64,000 bases of DNA, taken from assembly GCA_003971905.1 (NCBI GenBank), contig RSEE01000029.1, positions 372,001 through 436,000 of the forward strand, written 5' to 3'. The stretch is from Moniliella sp. 'wahieum'. Lineage: Eukaryota. Shown here one piece after another: positions 51,440 to 64,000 of the stretch. The position numbers and the translations under genes are program-made. Positions within the stretch are counted from its first letter, which is position 1; every line of letters begins with the position of its first letter. The notes beneath the pieces are model-generated. The model saw only the letters and a list, made by a program, of their open reading frames with translations, ran no database searches and was not told the origin of the DNA.

Positions 51440-53882
51440 ATGTCCGACCTTTCCTGGGAGCCGACCAGTGCGAAGACCTACCCCCGTCCTGACTGGGTAC
51501 ACGACTCGACGCGCTTTGCGCTGCTCGACGGCGAGTGGACGGTGCTGTTTGATGACGAGAACCAGGGCACAGCGGCTGGCTGGGGCGCCAGCGGGCTCCC
51601 CGCCCAGGCTGGTGCGCAGGCGCAGCGCACCATCACGGTACCCTACGCCTTCCAGTCCCCAGCGTCGGGCATCAATGCTCCCCATGAGGCACATGAGTAT
51701 CTATGGTACGAACGCACTTTCTCCTTGCCCCAGGAAGTTGCCACGCAACATGTCTCCCTTCACTTTGGTGCGGTGGATTACGAGTGCTCCATTTACCTTG
51801 ATGGTCAGAAGATTGGAGAGCACAAAGGAGGTCACGTTCCCTTTTCTTTTCCTATCACCTCGTTCCTCAAGCATCAGGACCACAGCTACCGTCTGACGGT
51901 GCACGTCTGTGACTCGCCCTTCGACCTTACTCAGCCGCGAGGGAAACAGTACTGGGTTCTGGACGGTAGCGCCTCGATCTTTTACACTCCTACCAGCGGA
52001 ATTTGGCAGAGTGTATGGATGGAAGCATCGCCTCGCTCGGGAGAATCGCCAGCGCGCATTTCGGCCGCTCACACTATCCTCCGTACCGACATACTCAAGG
52101 GCGACCTGCTCGCCTGGGTTGCAGTCGAAGGCGGGGGGCAAGGCGCGGACCTTCGTGCGTCTGCAGAGGTATCTCTGGCCGGCATCCTCTTGGAACGTCC
52201 AAACAAGTCGCGGTGTCTCCTTTGAAATCGACGGAACTGCTGGCGGAGCCTCCGACGCTCACCCATTCCCTCCTTGTTTCTTCTACCGTGCAAGCCCAGT
52301 TGCCTTCGGCCTTTGTCGGAGCCCACCCTGCTTCGTCCACCACTACGAATGTGCTGAAATCGTGGCGTGATGCGCGGCTTCGGGGGGAAGACATGGTGCT
52401 GCAGCAAGCGGCCTGGTCGGACAACGGTGTGGCACTGTGGTCCCCGCTGCACCCGATTTTGTACGACGTGGTGCTCACCTGACCAATGCAGATGGTGAAG
52501 TGGAGTGGTGCGTACCACCGTTGGTGCCCGCTCGCTTGAATGGGACCCTATGCCTCTGCGCCAGGTGGGGGACAAAGAGGTACAGCCCAAGGGTGCCTTC
52601 CGCCTGAATGGCCTACCTTACTTCCACTGCCTCATGCTCGACCAGGGTTACTGGCCAGAAACCAACCTCACCCCCCCTGATGACGCAGCAGTGGGAGGGA
52701 CCAAGGGGATCAATACGGGTCTTGCGCTGAAGCGGGACATTGAGCTGGGCAAGGCGATGGGCTTTGATGGGGTGCGCAAGCACCAAAAGGTTGAGGATCC
52801 TCGGTTCCTCTACTGGGCTGATCGTCTTGGGTTTTTGGGTACGCATATTTTTTTTCTCTCTCTCTCATTCGGGTGACGAACCAAACGCTAACTTGTGCTC
52901 GAACTGCTCTCTTCTTCTTCAGTCTGGGGCGAGTTTGCCAATGCGTACCAGTGGTCGGAGGAGTACGCAGAGCGGATCGAACAAGAGTGGACGGAATCCA
53001 TGCGGCGCGACCGGAACCACGCGTCGATCGTGGCCTGGACCCCGGTCAATGAAAGTTGGGCCTACACCGATCTGGAACAACGCGATGAGCAGGGCCACCT
53101 GACTCAGCTGGCATTGCGCCAACGCCAGCATATTGGCCAATTGGTCCAGTTGACCAAGCACCTCGATCCCACCCGTCCCGTCAACGATAACTGTGGCTGG
53201 CAACATGTCGCTGGTGACTTTGCCTCCTTCCACGATTACAGCGATGGCACAATACTCTACGAGACGTGCCGCCACCTCCTCCCAGCCGAGCCAAACGGAA
53301 CGCAATCTTGGGGATCAAGGATGAAGGTCGTCGGGTGATGTTTGTACCGTCACCCGGCACGGCGCAGGCGGCCGTAGCAGGCACCACGTTTACAGGTGCA
53401 CCCTTGCCACGGGGTATGTGCCCGGCATGCCTGTCCTCAACACCGAGTGTGGCGGGATCAACATTTCGACCACCCAAGCGCAGCCCGAGGCGAAAGAAGC
53501 TCGGCCTCTGGCGGACAAGATCTCGGTATTGGAGGCGACTACAGCGGTGCCGAATGGGGGTACACGACAGCCTCCTCGGCACAAGACCTGCTTGCGCGAA
53601 TCCGACGCGTGGCTCTGGCGCTGGTAGGGGTCAAGGTGGCAGAGCGCGAGGGGGGCTTGGACTACGCGTTGTCCAAGTGTCCTGCTCAGGGAGTACGCGG
53701 GCAAGAGGCGGCTGGAGCAACCCATCTGTGTGGCATGGTGTACACCCAACTGGCCGATTGCGAACAAGAAACTAATGGCCTGCTAACCACAGCGCGAAAG
53801 CAAGTTGCCCAACGAGGCACTCCAGGCGGTCCTGGACGAGTTGCGCACGGTCTACTTCGCCAGCTTGGGGGAGTGGGTTTAA
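51440..53882 (+). CDS. Glycoside hydrolase family 2 (beta-galactosidase/glucuronidase-like)
   Basis: [59 protein letters not shown], acid/base [15 protein letters not shown], nucleophile-like [21 protein letters not shown]. Intron 52839-52922. Frameshifts. Confidence 0.9.
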
Positions 53883-54508
53883 CGTTTAACGCTTGACGTT
53901 TATGTCAGTGTAGAGATACGAATGGATTGCCTATCCGCGTATAGCTATTACACCGAGCTTGACCTGGCCTGCCTTGGCTTGACCTGTGGGTTAGGCCAGG
54001 GATGGCGCGGGCGCATCAGACCTCTGCCAGTTTACTAGAGAACCAGTAGCGTCACGTCGGATTCTTGGCGTCGGATGTAGGAGGGATACTAACCGATGGC
54101 CAAGGTATGCTATGAGAATGTCATTGCTCAATGTGGCATGTCGCTGTAACGATCCTGGAAATTGAGCGTTGAGCGGGGCGACATGACGCAAGCGTGTGCC
54201 ACCGCGCTCAACCCATCAACGCCATCCTTGCGTTCCATGTCGGATTGGCCAGCGCACTCACGCAACCCGCCCCGCAACCGCCAGTTAGTATTTACCGCTT
54301 ATCGATTATCGATAAGTTGTTGCTTTACGATTTCGATTACCGATTTTTGGACGATCGATAATCGATAACTCAATCAATCGGAGGACCGTGTTCATGTGTT
54401 CCGCGCTGCTTGCTCATCGCCCCTGAGGGAGGATTGACCTGTTCCATCCTGCAAAATTGGAATCGCCTGCCCCACCTGCTCACCTCCTCGACCCCCATCC
54501 TTCCTACC

Positions 54509-56376
54509 ATGGCAAGAAGGACGAACTTCCTGCGCCTTTGAGTGCGCCACCCGCTGCCCCCACCAGCCGCAGCAAGCGTCTTTTGCCCTTCTTGGCACTG
54601 GGCGCGCTGGTGGTAGTGGTGCACACCCTACGGATCCCAACCTGGCTCCCGGTTCCGACACGCGATGCCCATTCGCGCGTCCAGCCCCTGGCCGAGGTTG
54701 ACTGGGATGCATATTGCCCCCAAGTCCCGGCCTATCAGCATCACCTCCCCCACCGGCGGCACTGAAGGCTCCGAGCCAAGACCAGCTCGCTCACCTGCTC
54801 GCTGGGGCATTGAAGGTGGACACGTCGGTGCAAGATGCCATGCCCCATGTGAGCGATGCACCTGAGGTGTGGGCCAAGATCTTTGATCCCTTCTTTGCGT
54901 ATCCAGTCGGCCTGGCCGCTGTTGCACGCCCCCACGTCCCCTGTCACACTGGAAAAAGTGAATGGACATGGACTGTTGTACGAGTGGAAGGGAACCGACC
55001 CAACGCTCAAACCCCTTCTGCTCATGGCCCACCAGGACGTGGTACCAGTGCTGGAAGAGACCGGCACTTGGTGGCTGCACGACCCCCTTTGGCGGGTTCT
55101 ACAACCGCACCAGTGGCTTGATCTGGGGACGTGGCGCACAGGATACCAAAGCGTCCTTGACTGGCATCTTGACCGCCGTGCAGTCGCTCCTTGAGGCTGG
55201 GTACACGCCCAAGCGCACTCTTGTCCTCAGCTTTGGCTTCGACGAGGAGCGGGGCGGGTTCGAAGGCGCAGGCCGCATTGCCCCCGTGATCGAACAACGG
55301 TATGGCAAGCATGGCGTGGCAATGGTGGTGGATGAAGGTGGTGCCTTCTCCGTCCCCGAAATCGGAAGCGGGGTGGGGTACAGCATCGCCCCCGCCACAG
55401 CAGAAAAAGGTAAACTCAACATCAAGGCTACCGTCCAGACCCAGGGGGGGCACTCGTCTGTCCCGCCGGCTCACACGGGGATCGGGTACCTGAGTCAACT
55501 CGTCGTTGCTCTTGAGGCGAGTCCGGAAGCCGCGGTGCTCGATACCACGCCCCATAATCCTTCTTGGGGTCGGCTGTTGTGTGATGTGGCGCGAGGCGCG
55601 GTACAGGGACCTCTGCGCGAGGCTCTGCGCGACGTGGTGCAACTGGAACAGAACAGAACAGGTTGGTTGCTTGTCCCATGCACGCTCAGCAGCTCGAACG
55701 CGCCAAGGCGAAAGCTGTGCAACTCATGTCGGGCTTTCAGCGTGCCGCGTTCCAGAGACCACCCAGGCTACCGATCTCGTCCGAGAGGGGTCAAGGTCAA
55801 TGCGCTGCCGGAAGAGGTGGAGGTGATTGTCAACTACCGCATTGGCACATTCTCCTCGACCAACGCTCTGCGTCGCCACTTTGCTAACACCGTGTTACCT
55901 GTAGCCAAGAAGAATGGATTGAAGCTGGATGCGTGGTCGGACGGAACGTTGAGCTACTCGCCACCCACAGCCGCAGCAGGCACCATCGTGCTCCGCGCAT
56001 TTGGGCATGGACTGGAACCTGCGCCGGTCACCCCGCTTACCGGACCGCTTTCCAAACCCTGGCAACTGCTCAGTGGTGTCATCCACTCCGTCGGGACCCA
56101 GCCACTTCGCCCGACGCAGCCGATCGGCAGGCCAAGTTGTACGTCTCGGGCGGCACCAGTTTGGGCAACACCGACACGCGTTACATCCACAACAGCTCGT
56201 CTGCGGTCTTCCGCTTCAGCCCGCGCTCTATCCACCCGCCAACGGAGGACGAGCGGGCGATCGTGGGCCGCTGGGGCGCGCACACGGTGAATGAGCATGT
56301 GCATGCTAGTACTCTGACTGCCGCCTGGACGTTCTACACGCAGCTGATCCGCGCGAGCGATGAGACGGAGCTGTAG
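54509..56376 (+). CDS. CPS1: M20 metallopeptidase, carboxypeptidase S-like
   Basis: N-terminal TM (LLPFLALGALVVVV), KPLLLMAHQDVVPV, WGRGAQDTK, SFGFDEE, VDEGG, GGHSSVPP, GNTDTRY, AHTVNEH. Frameshifts. Confidence 0.9.
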
Positions 56377-57038
56377 AGGCGGCGGGGCGGCGGAGAGGCG
56401 ATGGATTAGATTGGATGCGATGCGATGGGCTTGCGTGTGTGCGTTGCGGTTGCGTAGCATTCAGCCTACAGGAGCGGTAGCAGATAAGCGCCAACGTATA
56501 TATAAAGGGGGGCGCCGTCTGCCAGAAGGGGGGAATGGGCCTCGACATCTCCATCTGGGTCGACCGAAGCAGCGTTGAATTTTGAAGGTCAACGTGCAAT
56601 GTTCAACCACGTGCCGCCATGGAGGTTACGGCGTTAGTTACCAGTGGCCAGCGCCCAAGCGCTGAGGCGCTGAGGCGTCCCAGGCCAAGCGTCGACACGT
56701 GCAGTCGTTGAACACCAAACACCGAACATTGAACATTGAACTCTGGCGCGGCCACAGACTGGCAGGCGGCTGGCGGCTGCGCGGACACTGGCGCTGCGCC
56801 CCGAGACGCCCATCATGCATCATGCATCGGGTGTGCATGTTCAGTCAGCGCTCAGCGATTGTCGGTTGCCGATGGCCGATTCGTCGATTAGTGAGCCTCC
56901 GCGGCTGAGCTCACGCCATCCCTCTGGGTCGCTCAGCTGAGCTCAGCCCCCCTGCCTCTCGCCTCCTCCCACCGTGCCTGGCCCTGCTCGGCGCTCCCGC
57001 TCTCGCTCCCCCCATCCGTCGCCTCCCCCCTTATACCC

Positions 57039-59263
57039 ATGGCCGAGCTCTCCACCCAGGCGTACGCCAGCGCCTTCCTCCACGCCGACCCCAAAGAGGC
57101 CACCCAGCTCCTCCAGCAGCGCTTCCGCGACGCCTCTGCCCTCTGCGATGAGCTGGGCGACTACTTTGCTGCGCGCCGCGCCGTCGAGGCCTCCCATGCC
57201 CGCGCCCTGTCCAAGCTAGCCAAGCGCCCGTGCTTTTCTCGCGACAGTGCGCCCCGCGGCGTTCGTCCCATCCTCGACGCTCTCATGAGCGAACTCGACG
57301 CCTTGACCCAGGTCCATGCCGCACGCGAACGCGCGGTGCACCTGTGTGAACAACAGGTGCGCGAAGCCCCGTCCAAAGGTGCCTGGGCCCAGCTCCCGCG
57401 TTCGAAGACCGCTTGCACGATACGACACGCGACTTGAACCTGCTCGAGTCGGGGCTGGCGCGCGAGTCGCGTAAGCTCGACTCGAATTCGGAGCAGACGC
57501 AACAGTCGGCCGCGCACCGCGTGGCCCAGATGCAGAAGGATGTGGACCAAGCGTTGATTCAGTGGCGCAAAGATGCCGGCCCGGCGTTCCAGCTGGCCCA
57601 GCGTGCCGACGTCGAACGTCTCACCCTGTTGAAAGAGGTGGTGGCTCAATTTGAAACGGGCGCTGCCGACTCGGCCAATCAGTTGTCCAACGCGGCCGAG
57701 ATGGCGCTGCAAGCTTCGTTGGGCCTGGACGTAGAGCACGAGGTACTTTCCTTTGCCCAAAGTGGCAAGCATCGACGTCCTGCGCCACCGCCTCCGTCTC
57801 ATTCCGCCTCCCGCCCTCTCCCGCCGTCAGAGGCGTTGGCCGAAAGCAGGGGAGAACCCACACCGCGGCGCGAGGTGGACGAGCCCAAACCTTCGGGTCT
57901 GCGAGGCGCCTTGGGCCGGTTCGGCCGCCGACAGAGTCACAAGGAACCCCCTCCCGTGCCCGCGCGTAGCAACTCGCCCGAGTCCCAGGTATCTGAGGCC
58001 CCCTCCGGCGGCTTCATCCGCCGTGGCAAGACGTTGCTCGGTAGCAAGCGGGCCACCAAGCTGTTCACTCACCATTCCGGCAGTCCCGCCCCAGACTTTG
58101 GCCCACCGCCGATCCAAGAAGATGTGCGCGATACGCCCGACGTAGCAGTAGACTTGTTGGCTGACGATCCGGCGGAGCGCGATGGCCACTTTGCTCCTCT
58201 CCAACCGTCTCATGCGGATCACAGGTCGGCGTTGGGCGCCGGCGTTGCGTTGGCGCTGGTGCTGGCGCTGTAGCTGGCGCCGCGGGTGCTGCTCTTCTCT
58301 CCAATGGTGCTGCGCCCCCGGACTTGAGTACCTTGTCTGTCTCCCCTCCCCCTACATCGGCGCAGGACGATGAGGCACTGCAGTCGCTACGGGGTACCTT
58401 GGCACCGCCCAAACCGAGCGTGCGTCGCGGCTCGTCCACCCGTCGTGCACCTCCGTCTCCGTACGGTGCCACCACCACTGCCACCCCGATCCCGAAGATC
58501 CATTTACTACCGAAGCACCCAGTTTGACCCCGGCGCCTACCCTGCCTGCGAACGCACTCAAGATCAATGTGGCAGAAAAGGTCAATGTCTACTTTACTGG
58601 TACCTCGGTTTCTCGCCTCATGGTTGTTGGAGACCTAGAAGCTATCGTGAACCCAACTGCCATCCCACCGGGCTTGGCTAGCGTCCCTGTCCGCCTGGAC
58701 CAAGCGCAAAACTTGGACCGCTTGGTGCCTAACCCGGCTTTCCTTCAGCCCGCGGCCGGACCAGGCGAATGGGACTTGAACTTGGCTGCTTTGGCACAGG
58801 AACGGACCAAAGTCGTCCTGGCCAAGTACCAAGCCCATATCGACCCGGCTGACCAGACCCAGTCCATCCCGCTTCAGTTGCAGGCTCAGTGGCGTGTGCT
58901 GGAGGACCATGCGGACTTGCTCTTGCGCTACGAGGCAGGGGCAAGTTGGCCCCCAAGTTAGACGAGGTGGTGGTGGAAACCACTGTCCCACACACCACTC
59001 ACGTCCAAGCGATTCCTGAGACAGAATCGTTTGATGCTTCTACAGGTCTGGCGCGCTGGACCTTCCCCCGCTCCGCTCTCACCCAAGCTGGCGTCATTCG
59101 CGCCCGCTTCTTCGTCCCGGCTGGCGAGGCGCAACCTGTCAAAGCGTCCTGGACCACCGACGGGACCGTGTCGGACGTCGCGCTGGCCTTGGTCCAGGCT
59201 GGTCAGGATACTTTCGTCCCGGCCACACGCTCGGCCCAGGCAGGCACCTACGTCGCCACCTAA
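57039..59263 (+). CDS. SYP1: Muniscin endocytic adaptor (F-BAR + mu-homology domain), Syp1/FCHo-like
   Basis: YASAF..LQQRFRDASALCDELGDYFAARRAVEASHARALSKL (F-BAR start), DVERLTLLKE, and a C-terminal beta-rich domain INVAEKVNVYF..MVVGD..KYQ..IPLQLQAQWR..IRARF..AGTYVAT*. Confidence 0.85.
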
Positions 59264-59305
59264 CGCGGTTTCGTAAACCGCGTACCAGTTGCGCCCGCAG
59301 GTTAC

Positions 59306-59340
59306 ACGTTAAACGTTAAACGTTAAACGTTAAACGTTAA
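59306..59340. repeat. (ACGTTAA)5 heptamer array
   Basis: Read directly; lies about 40 nt downstream of the SYP1 stop. Confidence 0.95.
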
Positions 59341-60233
59341 CGTTAAGGTGCGCCGAAGGAACTTATCACCTACTACCTATCACCCCCACCCAATCACATT
59401 CGCTCGTTTTTTTGTTTGGCTTGGCTTGGTTTGGCGGGCATCGGGTATCCGGATCCTTGCCTCCTTTCCTCCTTTCCTCCTTGCTTCCCTTTCTTTCTTT
59501 CTTTCTTTCTTTCTTGGCTCCGTGTTCTTCTTTGATCCCCTCTTTTGGTCTCTGCTTGGAAGTTGTTGTTTGCGTGCGTGGGGTGCTTGTGTGGGACGCT
59601 ACGACCCGCGGGTTAGGGCGGCGGGTGGTGCGGGATCATCGATCAGGCCTCAGGTGCGTAGCAGATTCGTATTCGGCGCTGGGAGCGGTAGATTGGGGGT
59701 TGGGGGTTGGGGGTTGGATGTTGGGGGGTTGCTTCGATGGAAGCTTAAAGATTGAAGCTTGGAGCTTGGAGCTGGTCTCGTTGGGACTCGTTAATTGGTC
59801 CTGTGAGGCTCTGGTTCCTTTCCGGCCTTGGGAGTTCAACCCCCACCGCACGAAGTTCATGCAATTGGCCGGTGAGATCTGTGATGGATCAAGCTGCTCA
59901 GGCAGATGAAGGCCAGAAATGAATCGGTGGGGATGCAATCACGCGAAGGCAGCAAGCGGAACGGGGCCGCTGCACACAAGCCTATAGACTGCGTAAGTTT
60001 ACTTGGCGCATATATCGCATGTCGCCCACCTTGCCTTGTGGCTCGCCCGTCCGCCATCCGCTCTGACCTGACCGATGACCTCGACCTCTTTTAGCCTCCA
60101 CCGTCTCTCGAGCAAGTTGACGTTGTTGCCGGTATGGTGCGAACGCTGGCGCCTGATCTATGCGCACATCTGATTGTGCCAGCGGCGAGGAGGACACATG
60201 GGGTGAACATACGTTACATGTGCCATTCCACAC

Positions 60234-60328
60234 GCTTCAATGGGTTAGTGGTATACTACATCGTTGCCAGACAGCCCTAGTGCCTGTGAGACATCGATGT
60301 GACAGGGGTTCGATTCCCCTTTGAAGCA
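60234..60328 (+). tRNA. tRNA-Gly(GCC) with a 24-nt intron (60270-60293)
   Basis: Acceptor stem GCTTCAA/TTGAAGC, D-loop AGTGGTA, anticodon stem CATCG/CGATG with GCC at 60266-60268, T arm AGGGG-TTCGATT-CCCCT, and an oligo-T terminator just downstream. Confidence 0.93.
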
Positions 60329-60727
60329 CTCTTTTTGTTTCCTTCATTTTTTTGCGTTCCCCCTGTCCCGGATTGCCCCAAAGTTCATGCAATGCTTGCT
60401 TTAGGGGTTAGCACAGCGCCAGCCTGGCCCTTCCTGATCCTATGCTTTAGGGGGCGGGCGGGTTAGCACCGCAGTGTCATTGAGAAGTCTCAGATTCAGG
60501 TGTGCGGTTCATGATTTCAAATTTCAGTGCTCTCCCCTTCCTTCTCGACGAGGCAGAGGCGTTGTGAGATGGCGGCAGCGGCTTCTGGGTTAGGGTTAGG
60601 TAACCCGGAGAGCATAGGGTCCCAGGGTACAGGGTATCGGGGTTCCCGGTTCCCGGTTACCGGGGTGCTCAAATTTCAAAGGGCTAAAGGCAAAAAAGGT
60701 CATCAGCGTGCCGCTTGAAGTTTCCCT

Positions 60728-60759
60728 AGCTTCAAGCTTCAAGCTTCAAGCTTCATCGA
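60728..60759. repeat. (AGCTTCA)4 plus TCGA heptamer array
   Basis: Read directly from the sequence. Confidence 0.95.
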
Positions 60760-62693
60760 CTTCATCGGCCATCGGTGCATCGGAAGCGCCGGTGGTGGGG
60801 CCAGGCAACCGGTAAGGTCAAAGACGCATCCGCATCAAGCCATCTGCACCAACCGCTGGGGATAGATTTGCCGGATGTTCGATGAGATCTGAGAAGACCA
60901 TGAACGAGTGGGTAGATACGTTGATAGGATGGTCGATGATCTATGAGTACTCGATGAGTACGTTGAGTACTTTGGGAGGCAGGATGCTCGGTTCGGTCGC
61001 CCGTTCGGTCGCCCACTCGGGACCCGGCCGCACCCTGGCTGTCTCATCGGCCATGCATGATCATCGATCATACATCTTCCCATGTATCAAGCTTGAACTT
61101 CAGCTGAAGCGCTGAAGCTCAAAGACCGAATGGGCGGTTGCGGTCGGAACCTGGACGAGCGCAAACGTCATCGCTCCATCGATGGATCCAATCATACGTC
61201 GTTCCGAGTACTCCAGAAGGGTTCTGGAAGCCTGAACAAACCGAACATACTGAGGATGCCTTCGAAGGATGCATGGGATCTTGCGATCATTTGGTCCCTG
61301 CACGAATGAAATGATCGATTCGATGAACAGAGTGACGATATAGCTTGCCGAAGCGTGACGCTTGAAGCTTGAAGCTTGAAGCTGATGAAGCCTAGCTGTA
61401 GTGAGTGACTCGACTCGATTGCGATAGCCAACTAGTCAATAGCCAATTGTCAACCAATCGTCCATTACTAAGTACTCAATAAGCGGGCAGTTCGCCAGCA
61501 GCCAGCCGGGCAAAACAAACGGAACTACGGCCAATGCACGGCTGTTTCCGAGCTGCTGCCTCTTCCATGGTACATGGTACGGCTGCTATTGGGGCAGCTG
61601 GGGTCCATCGCTTGTTGTCGCTTGGAACGGTTACCACGTCGAACGGGGTGGCCGGGACCGCGTAAGCAGGAACTACATGCATGTGTGACATGTGAGCCCT
61701 CAGCCTGAGGCTCAGGCTGGACGCGGGTTGGGGGCGGTAGGGTCACAGGAGACTGCAGCAGGAAAAGGGCCTAGGGTCTACTTTGAATACCAACGTGTAA
61801 CATGTACCGTGTGCCAGGCCCAGCGTACCGTACGTACCCGGGACACGCAGGCCAGCGAGCACACTGTTAGATCTCCGATCTCACTCATCAAGTCGATGGC
61901 TTATTGGGATGGTGAGAGACGGCTAAAATGGAGAGAAATGAATCTATTCAAGCGATCTGAGATCGGAGATCGGACGTGTGGCGGGTGAGAGGCGAGGGAC
62001 GGGTGAGGGGCGTGGGAGGGTGGATGGGGGCAGTGGCGCCAAGCGGAGGCGGGGCGGGGCAGCAGCAGCAGCAGACACCAGGCACGACGCCAGCGGGAGC
62101 GTTGCGCCGATTGACGACGGAAGCTTGAAGCGCTGAAGCGGAAGCGCTGAGCCAGCCACTTGCCACACCAAAGCCACCCCAGGTGGCGGCGGCCCGCAGA
62201 CGGGCACTGTCGGGTGGGCTGCAGGGTCTGTGTGGGATGGTGATCGAGTGGGTGATGCCGCCGAGCGGGATGCAGATGCAGATGCAGGGGGCAGGACGCA
62301 GGGTGTGGCCACCCACCCAGCACGCCCCCTGGCAGCGCGCCCACTGGCCGGGTGCGGGCCGAGCGGCAGGGCCTGGCGTGGGCTTTGCCTCGCAAGCCCC
62401 GCTCGGGAGCATACATGCGGAGCACTGGCCATCCGAGCGCCTCAGCAGCCCAGACGCCAGCGGCCAACCATCGCAGCGCCTGAGAAAAAAACAGGCCAAG
62501 CCAAGCCAGCACCCTGCTCGGCCACGCCCCCATCCTCTTCCACCCGCACCCCACCACCTCTTCCGTCCCGCTCCTGCGGCCCCCCGATGCGCTTCGCGCG
62601 TCCGCTCCTCTCCCACTCCCACTCCCACTCATACTCCCACTCATACGCACCGCTGCCTGCCCGCCCACCTGCTAGCCCCCACACCCACACACC

Positions 62694-64000
62694 ATGGCCG
62701 ACACTGCCCCGCCCCCCCTCTCTTCCCACCCCACCCTCTCCGGCTGGCCCACATCCGTCCCCCCCCTCGACTCGTGCGACCTCCTCGCCCCCTGCGCTTC
62801 CCCCTCCCACGCCCTGCCGCCCTCCATGCACGACACCGCTCCACTCGCCCCTCGGCCCCAGTGGCCCCACCCGACCAAACATTCGCACTGCCCATCTTGC
62901 CTCCCCACGACACCAACGTATGTTCCCTCCTCCCTCCCATCTCTTTCTTGCCCTTGCTGACGTCTGCCCCCGCTGCTATTTTCCTCCAGACTCCCGCTCC
63001 CCACTGGCCTTGGCAGAGTAGCGACGGTCTTGCCACCCCCGCCGATGGCCTGCCTCTGGCTCATGTTGCGTACGAGCCCGACGCGGACTATTTCCACCCC
63101 ACCCCGCCCGAGTACAGTACCCCCCAGCCTTGCTCCCCCCTCCCTCCGCTCCGCCCGCTCCGTCCCGCTCGCCCAGACCCCGCGCCTCGGCTCCTGTCTC
63201 GATGCCGCCCCCGCGCTCCATCCCACAAGTAGGGAAACATTCCCCCCCTGCCCTGCGTTCCCGCTTCCTCCAGCCATCGCCTCCGCAGGCGGCTGGAGCG
63301 GTATACCGCCTGCCGGTGCGGCCTTCGCCCCCCTCGAGCCGACCTTTCCCAGGCCGGTTATCCGAGTCTCCCCCATGCCCGCTTGCGCACTTACGACGAT
63401 CCAGCCAGGCTCCTGTGCATGCTAGGCACCACGACTTTACGCACCCCCTCGACCCGCCTCCGCCTCGATCGCCCGCTTCGCCGTGGGAGAAGGTGGTGCC
63501 GGCTCATCCGCCTCCTCCGTCCGGGTCAGATTCATCGATGCTGCACCCCTCGCTCAGCTCACCTACGTTGGCCACGTCGAGAGATGAGGTTGTATACGAT
63601 CTGGCAGTAAAACGGAGCCAGGCAGCGCTTGCTGCGCCCCCTGGTCCCTCCCTTGCTCCGACCGCCCGCGCAACCGGAGCTACAGTGTATTTACAGGTGA
63701 CGCTACCAACCTCCTTTGGCCCTGGCGCTGGCGCTGGCGGCGGCGGCGGTGCGATGCCGCCGAATCCGAATGATGTGCTTGCGGCCCGGCTGGGACAGTT
63801 GTGCATTTCGCCCTCCAGCCAGGAGGAGGTGCGACGGTCGTTTGCGCGGCGCCAGACCACGGCCAGTACAGCTGCTCCGCCACAGAGTCTCGAAGCGTTA
63901 CGTACGAGCCACGAGTGTGGCTGCTGTGCTCCGCACGGCCCCTGCTGCGGCGGCAGCGTCGCAGGCGCACCCGACTCGGTTAGCATGGGCACTTGGCCGC
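62694..64000 (+). CDS. Hypothetical Pro-rich protein, 5' part (probably continues beyond the window)
   Basis: ATG in a caccATGG context and a canonical intron 62918-62989 (gtatgt..gctgac..ccag). No domain recognised. Confidence 0.45.

Noticed and set aside
51440..53882. Recent bacterial horizontal transfer of the GH2 gene
   Set aside because: It has a spliceosomal intron and host-like composition, and this GH2 type also occurs in fungi. A phylogeny would be needed.
60587..60600. GGGTTAGGGTTAGG telomere-like repeat
   Set aside because: Only about two units, internal, and expected by chance.
63860..63960. Cys-rich stretch (HECGCCAPHGPCCGG) as a zinc finger or metal-binding motif
   Set aside because: The reading frame is uncertain and the spacing matches no motif I can name.

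Overview
Gene-dense, GC-rich eukaryotic DNA with short GT-AG introns and CTRAC branch points. The gene content points to a basidiomycete fungus, most resembling Ustilaginomycotina (inference). About 22 protein-coding loci can be recognised by motif: EB1/BIM1, TUP1, a Sel1-repeat chitin synthase activator, a Mad2 C-terminal half, mL57/MRPL15, a decayed eIF3g, SIW14, ataxin-10-like, ZDS1, RPS18, HOS2, ERG10, a PTS1-bearing MDH, CaMK, an OPT transporter, a Mia40-like protein, HRT3/FBXO9, a GH2 hydrolase, an M20 carboxypeptidase, SYP1 and a few hypotheticals. The window also holds an intron-containing tRNA-Gly(GCC), three copies of an LTR-like dispersed repeat and a probable Ty1/copia relic. Many conserved genes carry small frameshifts, most likely unpolished long-read errors, so CDS boundaries are approximate. 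Three signals stand out. (1) Intergenic DNA repeatedly contains 7-bp-period arrays built as T-N-A plus a 4-bp palindrome, using at least nine different palindromes. (2) The Mia40-like protein has Ser-Pro-Leu in place of the catalytic CPC. (3) A spliced ORF encodes only the C-terminal half of Mad2. All gene identifications come from motif recognition, not from database searches.
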